A stretch of DNA of 64,000 bases from an uncultured Bacteroidales bacterium (lineage in GTDB: Bacteria; Bacteroidota; Bacteroidia; Bacteroidales; F082). This document shows positions 36,173 to 46,100 of the stretch, piece by piece. The translations under genes were made by a program, and so were the position numbers. Under the pieces are notes generated by a model. It worked only from the letters and a program-made list of their open reading frames with translations. It ran no database searches and was not told where the DNA came from. Each line of letters begins with the position of its first letter. Position 1 is the stretch's first letter. The DNA lies in NCBI GenBank assembly GCA_946402445.1, contig CAMIWN010000008.1, positions 11,836-75,835 on the forward strand, given 5' to 3'.

Positions 36173-38182
36173 TTAATTTTCATTCTCAACTCTTGCCCGT
36201 TTGGAGTCCCAAATCATGTAAATGATGATCACAATATACATCACTAAGGCGATGAGTCCCGCAAGTGGTGTCTCGTTGAAGAATCCACCCTCAGCCGTAC
36301 GGGCCATCATGTCCACATTGGCGAACTTCAGGATGGCACTGACCACACCCATCAAAGCTCCGCCGGCGATGAAACCTGAAGCGATGAGGGTTCCGCGGTT
36401 GTAACGGGCATCGTTGAGTGCTTTGTCCTTGCTGCGACTGGTGACAAACCATGAGATGGCACCGCCGATGAGCAACGGGATGTTAAGGTCAATGGGGATG
36501 AACATACCCAAGGCAAAAGGCAGGGCAGGCACCTTGCAGAAGTTGAGAATCAAGGCGATAGCGGCACCGATACCGTAGAGCAGCCAAGGAGCGTTGCCTC
36601 CCGACATCATGGGCTCGATGACAGCCGACATGGCGTTGGCTTGAGGGGCTACCAGGGCGCCTTCACCGACAAAGCCGTAAGCCTTGTTGAGGATCATAAT
36701 GACGCCAGCAACAGTGGCAGCAGCCACGGCAACGCCGACAAATTTCCAAAGCTCTTGCTTTTTGGGTGTCGTGCCAATCCAATAGCCTACCTTGAGGTCG
36801 GTGATGAAGGCACCGGCCACAGCGAGGGCAGTGCAGACCACACCTCCGATAATCAACGTCGCACTCATGCCTTGTGGGCCCGTGAGTCCAGCGGCCACCA
36901 TCACAATGGAAGCCAGAATCAAAGTCATCAAGGTCATGCCACTAACAGGGTTGCTGCCTACGATGGCAATGGCGTTGGCGGCCACTGTCGTGAACAAGAA
37001 GGCGATGACAGCCACCACGAGGATGCCGATGAGGGCGTGCCAGACGTTGTGTACAACGCCAAACCAGAAGAACAGGAAGGTGATGACTAAGACGGCGATG
37101 ATGCCGATGACCACAGTCTTCATCGGGATGTCCTGTTGGGTGCGGTCAACGGATTCAGTAGCGGCTTTCTTGCCCTTGAACTCGTTGGCAGCCAAGCCCA
37201 CAGATGATTTGATGACACCCCACGACTTGATGATGCTGATGATGCCGGCCATGGCGATGCCGCCGATGCCGATATGGCGCGCGTAGTCCTTGAAGATCTG
37301 TTCGGGAGCCATCTGACCAATGGTGAGTTTCACATCCGTGTTCATCAAGTCGATGATGCTGTCACCCCAGATGAGGTTTATGCCGGGGATGATGATGAAC
37401 CAAACCAGCATGGAACCGCAGCAGATGATGAAAGCATATTTCAAACCAATGATATAGCCTAACCCGAGGACTGCCGCACCTGTGTTCACTTTGAACATCA
37501 ACTTTGCCTTGTCGGCCACTGCGGCGCCCCAGCCCATCATGCGGGTGGTGATGGTCTCTGACCACCAGCCAAAGGTGGAGACGATAAAGTCGTACAAACC
37601 GCCTATCAAACCACTGACTACCAGTAACAAAGAGTCCTTTCCTTTCTTCTGTCCGCTGACCAGTACCTGAGTGGTTGCGGTGGCTTCAGGGAAGGGAAAC
37701 TTGCCATGTTGCTCCTTCACGAAATATTTCCTGAAGGGGATGAGAAACAGGATGCCCAGGATGCCTCCTAACAACGAGGCGATGAACACTTGCCAGAAGT
37801 TGATTTCGATTTGGTATCCTCTCCCTTGCAGGATATAAAGAGCAGGCAAGGTGAAGATGGCACCTGCAACCACGCCACCGGAACAGCCTCCGATGGACTG
37901 GATGATGACGTTTTGCGACAAGGCATCGTTTTTCTTGGCCAACCCCGTCAAGCCAATGGCAATGATGGCGATAGGGATGGCAGCCTCAAACACCTGGCCG
38001 ACCTTCAAGCCGAGGTAAGCCGCTGCCGCCGAAAAGAGGATGGTCATCAACAGGCCGATGCACACCGACCATACCGTGACCTCCTGGTATTTCTTGTTCT
38101 TGGATAAGATAGGTTCGTACTCTTCGCCTGGCTTCAGCTCCCGCTGCGCATTCTCAGGCAGTTTGAATTGATCGTTTTCCAT
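36173..38182 (-). CDS. OPT-family oligopeptide transporter
   Basis: 669 aa with ~16 TM segments. The glycine-rich polytopic pattern is typical of bacterial OPT proteins. Confidence 0.75.
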   Translation of the reverse strand: MENDQFKLPENAQRELKPGEEYEPILSKNKKYQEVTVWSVCIGLLMTILFSAAAAYLGLKVGQVFEAAIPIAIIAIGLTGLAKKNDALSQNVIIQSIGGCSGGVVAGAIFTLPALYILQGRGYQIEINFWQVFIASLLGGILGILFLIPFRKYFVKEQHGKFPFPEATATTQVLVSGQKKGKDSLLLVVSGLIGGLYDFIVSTFGWWSETITTRMMGWGAAVADKAKLMFKVNTGAAVLGLGYIIGLKYAFIICCGSMLVWFIIIPGINLIWGDSIIDLMNTDVKLTIGQMAPEQIFKDYARHIGIGGIAMAGIISIIKSWGVIKSSVGLAANEFKGKKAATESVDRTQQDIPMKTVVIGIIAVLVITFLFFWFGVVHNVWHALIGILVVAVIAFLFTTVAANAIAIVGSNPVSGMTLMTLILASIVMVAAGLTGPQGMSATLIIGGVVCTALAVAGAFITDLKVGYWIGTTPKKQELWKFVGVAVAAATVAGVIMILNKAYGFVGEGALVAPQANAMSAVIEPMMSGGNAPWLLYGIGAAIALILNFCKVPALPFALGMFIPIDLNIPLLIGGAISWFVTSRSKDKALNDARYNRGTLIASGFIAGGALMGVVSAILKFANVDMMARTAEGGFFNETPLAGLIALVMYIVIIIYMIWDSKRARVENEN

Positions 38183-38211
38183 TATGTTTAAGTGTTGATT
38201 ATCAAAGACAG

Positions 38212-38219
38212 CAAAGATA
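38212..38219 (-). promoter_or_regulatory. -7 box TATCTTTG for the OPT gene
   Basis: Reverse complement of CAAAGATA, 30 nt upstream of ATG 38182. Confidence 0.45.
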
Positions 38220-38303
38220 AAAAAATAGTTGCTTGACAGAGAAATGATTCCTAGAATTTTAAAAAAAATGACAAATTAATTTGTCTATTTGGAAAGTTTA
38301 CTT

Positions 38304-38311
38304 TACTTTTG
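38304..38311 (+). promoter_or_regulatory. -7 box TACTTTTG
   Basis: Lies 30 nt upstream of ATG 38341. Confidence 0.5.
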
Positions 38312-38340
38312 CAGCGTAAAACCTTTTAAAACTAAGTGCT

Positions 38341-38796
38341 ATGAAGAAAAATTATTTGTTTCCCCATCAGTTCAGAGTGATCGGGTGGGTGTTGGTCATC
38401 GTAGCGGTGGTAGGGTATCTTTGTCTTCCAGAATTCCAATTCAAGATGCCTTCGTTGTATTTCGATACCTTTTTTGACGATGAAAATGAAGGTGGATTCT
38501 TCCGTATGGCAAGAACGAACAGCCTTTCCATCGCCATGGTTTTACTGACGATCGGATTGCTGTTTATCGGCTTCTCAAAAGAAAAGGTTGAGGACGAGTT
38601 TGTGCATTATCTTCGTGCCCAAAGCCTCATTTGGGCGACTTACGTCACTGCGGCACTGTTTATCGTGGCGACTTTGCTTATTTATGGAATCACCTATATC
38701 TATGTGCCGTATTTGGTGTTTTACATCTTCCTCATCTTGTTCATCATGAAGTTCAGAATTGAGGTGCATCGTTTCAACAAAGGAGGTGCCCAATGA
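38341..38796 (+). CDS. Small 4-TM membrane protein
   Basis: 151 aa with four hydrophobic segments. ATGA overlap with the downstream HTH gene. Confidence 0.6.
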   Translation: MKKNYLFPHQFRVIGWVLVIVAVVGYLCLPEFQFKMPSLYFDTFFDDENEGGFFRMARTNSLSIAMVLLTIGLLFIGFSKEKVEDEFVHYLRAQSLIWATYVTAALFIVATLLIYGITYIYVPYLVFYIFLILFIMKFRIEVHRFNKGGAQ

Positions 38797-38993
38797 AGAA
38801 CCGCTTGAAAGTGGCGCGGGCCGAAAAAGACCTCACACAAGAGGATTTGGCCAAACTAATTGGTGTCAGCCGACAGTCGATAAACGCCATAGAATCAGGG
38901 CGGTATGTGCCCTCCACGGTCTTGGCTTTGAAAATGGCGCAGGTGTTCGGGAAACCGGTGGAGGAGCTTTTCCTGTTGGAAGATGATGATTGA
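38793..38993 (+). CDS. XRE-family (Cro/C1-type HTH) transcriptional regulator, 66 aa
   Basis: LTQEDLAKLIGVSRQSINAIESGRYVPSTVLALKMAQVFG. Confidence 0.85.
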   Translation: MKNRLKVARAEKDLTQEDLAKLIGVSRQSINAIESGRYVPSTVLALKMAQVFGKPVEELFLLEDDD

Positions 38994-39025
38994 GGTTGTT
39001 GGTAGAGACGGTGTTCTCATCGTCT

Positions 39026-40336
39026 CTACCGCAACAACACATTCCCGATGCTGCATTCCAGGCAACGTTTGCGGCGACAATAGTGGTTATAGAGATGCAG
39101 CATGGCCTGCGACTGCATGGCGTTGTCGGCCTTGATACCGATAGCTTGGAAATGTCGGATGACGGTGTTGTCCTCAGCGTCAAGGTCTTCCATAAAGTGC
39201 AGGGCTTTCTCACATTGGGTCTCGTCTTTGTGAAATTTTCCATAGCAGAACAATAGAGGGGTTACAGCGTTGATTATCAGTACGTCGGCGGTACCTTCGC
39301 CAAGACGTTTTGGTTGTTTATGGTTGTTTTTCAGGGTGTTATCCGTTGTAGAGACGTCATAATATGGCGTCTCTACATTATATGGTGTCTCTTCGAACCG
39401 GTAATGTGTATCCCAATAGTCGGATGCTGTCACGTCGAACAGGGTTTTGATTTCATCTGCTGATTCAGCCGTTGTTATTTTTGAAAAAAGACAACCATGT
39501 TGGTGTATAATCTGAGCCAGCTGAGCCAGCCGTATTGTCGGGAAGTTCACGGGTCGCATCCTCATGAACTTCCATCGTTCCTCGGGCATCATCAGCAATC
39601 CAAACTTGGCCCGCATCACGTTGAATTCCCGTTGAAGTAGTAGGGGATAGGTTTCTTGAGAGGGGTGGTTAAGGAATCCCGCACAGCCAAGCAACATGGC
39701 TTCCACTTGCGTCAGTTGGTCGGCGTGTTTCAGCAGGGTCTTGAAGGGCAGGAGCGAGGCGAGGGTCTCAAACGACTCGTTGTTGACTTTCATGCCGAGG
39801 TAACGCATCAGCAGTCGGTAGAGTGTGTCTTCCCAGTCGAATTGATTTGCCATCAGTATTCTTTCAACGCTTTTCGCTTTTTCTTCCAGCCGTTCGATGG
39901 CCATTCTTTCCAGCCAGGTGTTCAAGGTAAAAGGTTGAACTCCATTGATTTGGCGTTCGCAAGCAATCCAGCGTTGAGCAGTCACAAACCGTTCATAATG
40001 ATGGTAGAGTGATTCATCGAAATGTCCCTTTAGTGGAAGCACCGGAATCTCATTTACTGTTTGGTCGTGCTCAAACACGACATGCAGCACCACGTTGCGA
40101 TAGGCTTTGTCGTGCTGGTGTCCGTGTCTGTTCCAGTCTGTGGTTTTGACATGAATCTCCACTTGTCCAGCCCAGATTTGGTTTCCGATTTTGATTTTCA
40201 CCTCTCGGTAATCCGGCCCCGAGTCTGTGTTTCTGAATCCAGGGTTGATGATTTCCACGGGCATCCCTTGTGAGGTGTTCAACGTGCCTGTTAAAAGCCG
40301 GTTTTCCCATAGATAATATAAGAATGATTCGGTCAT
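39026..40336 (-). CDS. DUF2851-family protein
   Basis: N-terminus ESFLYYLWENRLL...NPGFRNTDSGPDYREVKIKIGNQIWAGQVEIHVKTTDWNRHGHQHDKAYRNVVLHVV matches the family signature as I recall it. Confidence 0.75.
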   Translation of the reverse strand: MTESFLYYLWENRLLTGTLNTSQGMPVEIINPGFRNTDSGPDYREVKIKIGNQIWAGQVEIHVKTTDWNRHGHQHDKAYRNVVLHVVFEHDQTVNEIPVLPLKGHFDESLYHHYERFVTAQRWIACERQINGVQPFTLNTWLERMAIERLEEKAKSVERILMANQFDWEDTLYRLLMRYLGMKVNNESFETLASLLPFKTLLKHADQLTQVEAMLLGCAGFLNHPSQETYPLLLQREFNVMRAKFGLLMMPEERWKFMRMRPVNFPTIRLAQLAQIIHQHGCLFSKITTAESADEIKTLFDVTASDYWDTHYRFEETPYNVETPYYDVSTTDNTLKNNHKQPKRLGEGTADVLIINAVTPLLFCYGKFHKDETQCEKALHFMEDLDAEDNTVIRHFQAIGIKADNAMQSQAMLHLYNHYCRRKRCLECSIGNVLLR

Positions 40337-40425
40337 GTCAGTTGTTTGGTTAATCAGTTATTCAGTGATGGGTTGTTGTTTACCTATAGTATAAAGAAAT
40401 CCATAAATGTTTCATCAGAAACAAT

Positions 40426-40455
40426 AAAAAAATGGCCGCCCGGCAGGGCGGCCAT
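40426..40455 (-). terminator. rny terminator
   Basis: Perfect 10-bp GC-rich stem ATGGCCGCCC / GGGCGGCCAT with loop GGCA, followed on the minus strand by a T-run. Confidence 0.8.
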
Positions 40456-40486
40456 CTTCATCAATATAAAATCTGTCGTTTTTTCC

Positions 40487-42049
40487 TTATTTAGCGAAGC
40501 TCACGGCGCGTGTCTCGCGGATCACAGTGATCTTGATTTGGCCTGGGTAGGTCATCTCGTTTTGGATCTGTTTCGACAGGTCGTAGGCGATACGGTCGGC
40601 ATCTTGGTCACTGACCTTGTCGGCTCCCACGATGACGCGGAGTTCACGACCAGCCTGGATGGCGTAGGTCTTGACCACGCCTGGGTAGCTCATGGCCATC
40701 TCTTCCAGCTTGTTAAGACGCTGTATGTAGGCCTCGACAACCTCACGGCGGGCACCAGGACGAGCGCCAGAGATGGCGTCGCATACCTGCACGATGGGGG
40801 CGATGAGGGTCTCCATCTCGATCTCATCGTGGTGGGCACCGATGGCATTGCAAACATCAGGTTTTTCTTTGAACTTCTCGGCGACTTTCATACCTAAGAT
40901 GGCGTGCGGCAGCTCTTCTTCGTTTTCGGCCACCTTGCCAAGGTCGTGGAGCAGACCGGCGCGTTTGGCGGTCTTCGGGTTCAAGCCGAGTTCTGCGGCC
41001 ATCGTCGAACTGAGCTTGGCCACCTCGATGGAGTGCTGCAACAGGTTCTGGCCGTAGGAAGAACGGTATTTCATGCGTCCGATCATCTTGATGAGGTCGG
41101 CTGACATGTTGTGGATGCCGAGGTCGATGACGGTGCGTTTTCCAGTCTCAATGATCTCTTGTTCCACTTGTTTCTCCACTTTATGAACCACTTCTTCGAT
41201 ACGTGCGGGGTGGATGCGTCCGTCGGTGACCAGTTTTTGGAGTGACAGACGTGCGATCTCGCGTCGTATTGGGTCGAAGCCTGAGAGCAGGATGGCGTCG
41301 GGGCTGTCGTCGATGATGATCTCCACTCCGGTAAGTGACTCGAGGGTGCGGATGTTACGGCCTTCACGACCAATGATGCGTCCTTTTATCTCGTCGTTCT
41401 CGATGTTAAACACGCTGACAGTGTTTTCGATAGCGGTCTCAGCAGCCGTTCGTTGGATGGTTTCCAGCACGACTTTCTTGGCTTCCTGCTGGGCGGTCAT
41501 CTTGGCATCTTCGGTGATTTCTTTCACATAGACCATGGCTTCGGCTTTGGCATCGTCCTTGATCAACTCGATGAGTTGCGTCTTGGCGTCTTTGGCGGAG
41601 AGTCCGGAGATGGTCTCCAGTTTCTTGGTCTCCTCCTCAAAGATATGGTCGAGTTCGGCTTTTCGTTTAGTGAGCGCTTCCTGCTGGTTGTTCAGATTCT
41701 GCTGGGCATTTTGGATTTCTTTGTTTTTCCGTTGGATTTCTTCCATTTTCTGGTTGGCCTGTTGCTGCATCTGGTTGACTTTGTTCTCGGTCTTCTGGAG
41801 CTCACGTTTACGTTCGTTGCAGGCTTTCTCGTGCTCGTCTTTCATCTGCAAGAATTTCTCTTTTGCCTGTAAGATGCGCTCTTTCTTGATGACTTCCGCC
41901 TTCTCTTTAGCCTCTTCAAGGTAAGCGTCGGCCTCCTTTGTGACTGCTTTTCTAAGAAGGGTGGAGGTGATGAAATAACCTACAGCCAACCCCACAATCA
42001 GGGCGGCAATAGGGATGATAATGGATAAGGTGGCGTTGAGTAATAACAT
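40487..42049 (-). CDS. rny: Ribonuclease Y
   Basis: N-terminal TM segment, a long coiled coil, a KH domain ([12 protein letters not shown]) and an HD domain (LLHDLGK). Confidence 0.95.
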   Translation of the reverse strand: MLLLNATLSIIIPIAALIVGLAVGYFITSTLLRKAVTKEADAYLEEAKEKAEVIKKERILQAKEKFLQMKDEHEKACNERKRELQKTENKVNQMQQQANQKMEEIQRKNKEIQNAQQNLNNQQEALTKRKAELDHIFEEETKKLETISGLSAKDAKTQLIELIKDDAKAEAMVYVKEITEDAKMTAQQEAKKVVLETIQRTAAETAIENTVSVFNIENDEIKGRIIGREGRNIRTLESLTGVEIIIDDSPDAILLSGFDPIRREIARLSLQKLVTDGRIHPARIEEVVHKVEKQVEQEIIETGKRTVIDLGIHNMSADLIKMIGRMKYRSSYGQNLLQHSIEVAKLSSTMAAELGLNPKTAKRAGLLHDLGKVAENEEELPHAILGMKVAEKFKEKPDVCNAIGAHHDEIEMETLIAPIVQVCDAISGARPGARREVVEAYIQRLNKLEEMAMSYPGVVKTYAIQAGRELRVIVGADKVSDQDADRIAYDLSKQIQNEMTYPGQIKITVIRETRAVSFAK

Positions 42050-42083
42050 TTTACTTCTGTTTTACTCGGTGACAAGGGGAGGG

Positions 42084-42280
42084 AAAAAAGATCTGTCTGT
42101 CCTGAGGGATAAGAGTAAACCCCTTAAGATACGCTTATGGTCTCCGCGTTGCGCAAACGTCCACCGGCACCAAAGTGCTCCTCCGAAGAGGATGAGGCCT
42201 GTTTTTGCAGGACACGAGTAAACCTATTGATGTTGTTTTTTGTGTTGAGTTTACCTGATGCGTTCGGACAGACAGAATCT
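42084..42280 (-). ncRNA. Candidate ~200-nt structured RNA in the zapA-rny spacer (6S-like RNA or rny leader/attenuator)
   Basis: An 11-bp perfect long-range stem (plus-strand 42092-42102 with 42266-42276) extends by 3 bp after a 1-nt bulge. An internal CCUC-UUCG-GAGG tetraloop hairpin is present. A UCUUUUUU tract follows the 3' arm. A TTTG motif (plus-strand CAAAG, 42288-42292) sits ~7 nt before the 5' arm. This is the largest non-coding gap in the window (248 bp). Confidence 0.45.
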
Positions 42281-42297
42281 ATATTTTCAAAGAACAG

Positions 42298-42582
42298 CTA
42301 TAATTGCTCGCTCAGCAAGGAGTCAAGTTCGTTGAGCTTTTGTTCCAAATTCTGGTCACGAAAAGCAAGCTCCGATTCATATTTCACCGTTGAGGTGGCA
42401 AATTGCAGCGCGGTCATCGACAGCAGATCCTGCACGTCTTTGAAAGCGTAATGCTTTGAATACGACTTCACCCTCTCGTTGATCAATGCCGCGGCCTTTC
42501 TCACCTTTTCCTCGTCAGCGCGTGCCACCGTCAACTTATATGACCTGTCGGCTATGACAATGTTGATCGTAATCTCTTCCAT
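42298..42582 (-). CDS. zapA: Cell division protein ZapA
   Basis: 94 aa. INIVIADRSYKLTV... followed by a coiled coil is the typical ZapA layout. Confidence 0.75.
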   Translation of the reverse strand: MEEITINIVIADRSYKLTVARADEEKVRKAAALINERVKSYSKHYAFKDVQDLLSMTALQFATSTVKYESELAFRDQNLEQKLNELDSLLSEQL

Positions 42583-42603
42583 GCCGCTGACTTTGTATCT
42601 CTC

Positions 42604-42900
42604 TTACTCTTTCGTGTTCAAAATCGAAACGCACTGATCAATCTCCTTTATCAATTCCCTGATGAGCTTTCTTCCTTCTTTAATCTCTTCCTCGTTGTTA
42701 CCAAGTGCGTTAACAATTGTGGTTTTATTTATTTTATCTCGCAACTCCTGGCTTGTTTGAACCAAAGCCTCGTTTTGTTCTTTAAGCGATTGGTTTTCAC
42801 TTGCCAAACGTCTGTTCTCTTCCTTTAGCTGCTGTTGGGCATCGATGAGTTTCCTCAACTTGACCTCAATCTCGGACAATATGATGCTCATGTCGGCCAT
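42604..42900 (-). CDS. Coiled-coil protein upstream of zapA (ZapB-like)
   Basis: 98 aa, predominantly heptad-like (LKEENRRLASENQSLKEQNEALVQ). Confidence 0.5.
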   Translation of the reverse strand: MADMSIILSEIEVKLRKLIDAQQQLKEENRRLASENQSLKEQNEALVQTSQELRDKINKTTIVNALGNNEEEIKEGRKLIRELIKEIDQCVSILNTKE

Positions 42901-42927
42901 GGGTTTCTCAGACTTGGAATCGAGCTA

Positions 42928-42935
42928 CAAAAATA
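42928..42935 (-). promoter_or_regulatory. -7 box TATTTTTG for the coiled-coil/zapA operon
   Basis: Reverse complement of CAAAAATA, 28 nt upstream of ATG 42900. Confidence 0.5.
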
Positions 42936-43016
42936 GCATTTTGTTGGGTTATGGCAATGTTTTTTTTCAAAAAAAATCAAAAATTCCTAATTTTACGGCC
43001 TCTTAGACTATTAATT

Positions 43017-44585
43017 ATGCAACGAATCGCTTTTCTTTTTTTGTTTTTTGCCATGATGAACCTCTCATGCTCCCACACAACCTGCCATCTAACTATGGTT
43101 GAATCGACTGATACTCACGGTTCTTATATTGAGTTCGCTAATGATGCTTCTCTGTTGCGTCGGATGAAGGATGAACTTGGTGATCACCTCCTTCTTTTCG
43201 AGAACGGTGATTTAGTGCAAGGTTCTCCTTATCAGTATTTTTCAAATAAAGATGCCTCTCATCCCAATATCGCCTCGGCTTTTTTGAACTATTTTCCTTA
43301 CGATGTGGTGGGAGTTGGAAACCATGATATTGAGGCTGGTAAATCGGTTTTCGACCGGTTTTTCTCGGAGTTGACAATGCCGGTTATTTGTGCCAATGTC
43401 ATTGACGAAAGCACCAACGAACCTTATTTCACGCCATACGTGGTTCTGAACCGTGATGGATTCAAGATTGCGGTGCTGGGTTTGCTCACGCCATACGTGG
43501 TGACCTGGGTTCCTGAACGTCTGCGTCCAGGTCTTCGTTTTGAACAGTCTGAGTCGTCTGCAAAGTTTTGGGTGGAAAGGATTCGTGAGAAGGAACATCC
43601 TGATTTGATGGTGGGTTTGTTTCATACGGGTTGGGAGCCACAAGAGGTGAATCTTCCTGAGGACGCGCCTCTGGGTCGGGAGAACGCCACCCGTTGGATC
43701 GCTGAGAATGTCCCGGGCTTTGACTTGATATTTTTTGGTCATGACCATCGCGCGCGTGCAGAAAAGATTGTCAACAAGGTGGGCGATACGGTTTGTGTGC
43801 TTAATTCTGGTTGTCGTGGCGCTGGGCTGGCCACCGCGGAAGTGACCTTGTCACGTAATGCCAAACCGTTGATTCAGATTGGGTTGATTCCTACTTTGGA
43901 TCAAGATCCTGACCCTGAGTTCCTTGCCATGATTCAGCCTTATCTCGACCGTGCGAAACAGTACCAAGAACAAGAGGTTGCTGTGCTGCCTGTCGGTATT
44001 TGCACCGATGATGTGTTCAGTGGTTCCTGTCTTTGGGTTGATGAGATCCATCGCTGTCAGTTCGACCTTGTGCGGTCTTTGGGAATGTCTGCCGACATCT
44101 CTTTGGCCGCCCCGCTTTCGAGGGGGAAGAGCCTTGCCCCAGGGATGTTAAAGGTGAAGGACTTCTTCACTTGGTATCCCTTTGAGAACTCTCTTGCCGT
44201 CATGGAAATGACCGGACGTGACCTGAAGGCGCTTCTTGAGTATTCCTACCAAGTGCGTGAGGTGATCTATAACTTTGATTGTGCAGCGGGTATTCGTTAT
44301 TATATCGAAAGCAAGAAACCATACGGAGAACGTGTGGTAATCTTAAGCATGTCTGACGGTACTCCTTTTTCTATGGATAGCACCTACCGTGTGGTGCTTA
44401 ACTCCTATCGTTCCATGGGTGGAGGCAACCATTTCTTGAACGGTTGTGGTTGGCAAGCCGATGACATCGCCCGTCATCGTATCTGGAACAGCGAAGAAGA
44501 CCTTCGCTCCCTCTTCATCGAATGGGCACGCAACAAAGGCACCCTCGATAGCACTTGCTTGGGAGAATGGAAAGTTAGAGATTAA
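43017..44585 (+). CDS. Bifunctional metallophosphatase / 5'-nucleotidase-like lipoprotein
   Basis: I place the start at MQRIAFLFLFFAMMNLSCS (lipobox). Calcineurin-like motifs STDTHG, GNHD and GHDH are present. The C-terminal domain is 5'-nucleotidase-like. Confidence 0.75.
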   Translation: MQRIAFLFLFFAMMNLSCSHTTCHLTMVESTDTHGSYIEFANDASLLRRMKDELGDHLLLFENGDLVQGSPYQYFSNKDASHPNIASAFLNYFPYDVVGVGNHDIEAGKSVFDRFFSELTMPVICANVIDESTNEPYFTPYVVLNRDGFKIAVLGLLTPYVVTWVPERLRPGLRFEQSESSAKFWVERIREKEHPDLMVGLFHTGWEPQEVNLPEDAPLGRENATRWIAENVPGFDLIFFGHDHRARAEKIVNKVGDTVCVLNSGCRGAGLATAEVTLSRNAKPLIQIGLIPTLDQDPDPEFLAMIQPYLDRAKQYQEQEVAVLPVGICTDDVFSGSCLWVDEIHRCQFDLVRSLGMSADISLAAPLSRGKSLAPGMLKVKDFFTWYPFENSLAVMEMTGRDLKALLEYSYQVREVIYNFDCAAGIRYYIESKKPYGERVVILSMSDGTPFSMDSTYRVVLNSYRSMGGGNHFLNGCGWQADDIARHRIWNSEEDLRSLFIEWARNKGTLDSTCLGEWKVRD

Positions 44586-44631
44586 AGGTTAGAGATGCCT
44601 ATCGGCTTTTTCCTCAACCCTTTAACCTCTC

Positions 44632-45222
44632 TTACGGTTTCCACTCCTTGATGTAGGACATGAATTCGTTGCGGACTCGAAGGTCCGATTTGAACACGCC
44701 CGTGAGGTAGGTGGATATCATATAGCCTTCTTTGCGTGCGCCGCGGCTTTCTTTGCACATGTGGCGCCCTTTCATCATGAGGGCCATGCCGCGGGGTGGG
44801 TACTCGTTGCCGAGCGCTTCAGTGAGTACTTCCACCACTTCTTGTACAAGTCGTTCCTGCACCTGTAGTTTGGAGGAGCAGTAGTCGATGACGCGACCAA
44901 TCTTGGAGAGGCCAAGGATGCGTCCTTTCTTGTTGGGGATGTAGGCAAACCAATACTCGCCAAAAAAGGTGCGGCAATGATGCTCACATACGGAATAGAA
45001 AGGTCCGTTGTCGATGACCATGTTGTCGTAGATAATTCCGTCCTGCCCATTGGGGAAGGTGGTGATGACGGGCATCTGGTTGGGGTCATATCCGCGAAAC
45101 ATCTCCTTGAACATCCGTAAGATACGGTCAGGAGTAGCCTGCAACCCCACACGGTTAGGGTCGTCGCCAATGTATTCAATAAGGTCGCGGATATGCTGTT
45201 TAGCTTGTTCTTCTGTAATCAT
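44632..45222 (-). CDS. folE: GTP cyclohydrolase I
   Basis: GLQATPDRILRMFKEMFRGY and SVCEHHCRTFFG. Confidence 0.9.
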   Translation of the reverse strand: MITEEQAKQHIRDLIEYIGDDPNRVGLQATPDRILRMFKEMFRGYDPNQMPVITTFPNGQDGIIYDNMVIDNGPFYSVCEHHCRTFFGEYWFAYIPNKKGRILGLSKIGRVIDYCSSKLQVQERLVQEVVEVLTEALGNEYPPRGMALMMKGRHMCKESRGARKEGYMISTYLTGVFKSDLRVRNEFMSYIKEWKP

Positions 45223-45238
45223 TCTTGATGAGATCTCC

Positions 45239-45988
45239 TTACTTCTTCACGATAAACTTCTCGGTTTTAACCATTTCGTCGTTAACGAAGAAGCTGCAGA
45301 AATAGATGCCGGGTTGGATATTGTCCAGAGGGAAAGTGATTCTGCCTTGGACACTGTTCAGCATTCTGGAGTCCACTTCTTGGCCGAGGAGGTTATACAA
45401 GACAGCCTTGACAATGCCTGATTCGTTGCCTTTAAAGTCAAAATTGATTTGTGAAGTGGCAGGATTGGGGTAGGCCTTGCTCACTTGGATGTTGTTTTCG
45501 GCAACGCTTTCCGGGTTATAAGCATAGTGTACTTCAATGGTTACACGATCTTCAGGGTTGCGTGACGGATAGGCATGGTATTTCACAATCGTGGTGCCAG
45601 GAATCAAATTCTGTCCTGTGTAAGTTGGGTCAAGTTGATAATGGAAAGAGAGCATGCCCTCGTCCGACAAATTACCGCCTTCGATGGTGACGGGGTTCGG
45701 GCTGATGAAAACGGATGGAGCGAAACAGCTTCCCCAACAAATTGAGTTCTCCGTGCCTTCCACAGTGGAGACATGCTCTTTCTCTACCAACACGTCAATG
45801 GGGTCACTGGTGAGGTTTCTGAGCTGCAGTTCCACCACCATCTCACCGTAATTGTTGGTGAGATGCGTCACGGTGATGACTTCATTATTGGCGTAAGCCG
45901 TGCCGTTTTTTTCAAACCGCAGTGATTGGGCGGAAATCATTCCGACCAAAACGCAAAGTGATAAAGTTAGTAAAGTTTTTTTAATCAT
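45239..45988 (-). CDS. Hypothetical secreted protein with T9SS C-terminal sorting domain
   Basis: Signal peptide. CTD is AYPNPATSQINFDFKG...GIYFCSFFVNDEMVKTEKFIVKK. Confidence 0.65.
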   Translation of the reverse strand: MIKKTLLTLSLCVLVGMISAQSLRFEKNGTAYANNEVITVTHLTNNYGEMVVELQLRNLTSDPIDVLVEKEHVSTVEGTENSICWGSCFAPSVFISPNPVTIEGGNLSDEGMLSFHYQLDPTYTGQNLIPGTTIVKYHAYPSRNPEDRVTIEVHYAYNPESVAENNIQVSKAYPNPATSQINFDFKGNESGIVKAVLYNLLGQEVDSRMLNSVQGRITFPLDNIQPGIYFCSFFVNDEMVKTEKFIVKK

Positions 45989-46077
45989 AGTTATGTATTT
46001 TTTTATTTATTTCTTCTTCTTACTATTTGATGATGCAAAGATGCAAAAAATATTCCATATTATGCAAGGGAAAAATT

Positions 46078-46085
46078 TATTTTTG
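46078..46085 (+). promoter_or_regulatory. -7 box TATTTTTG for birA
   Basis: Lies 16 nt upstream of ATG 46101. Confidence 0.5.
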
Positions 46086-46100
46086 CGCAAAAATTTTGCC

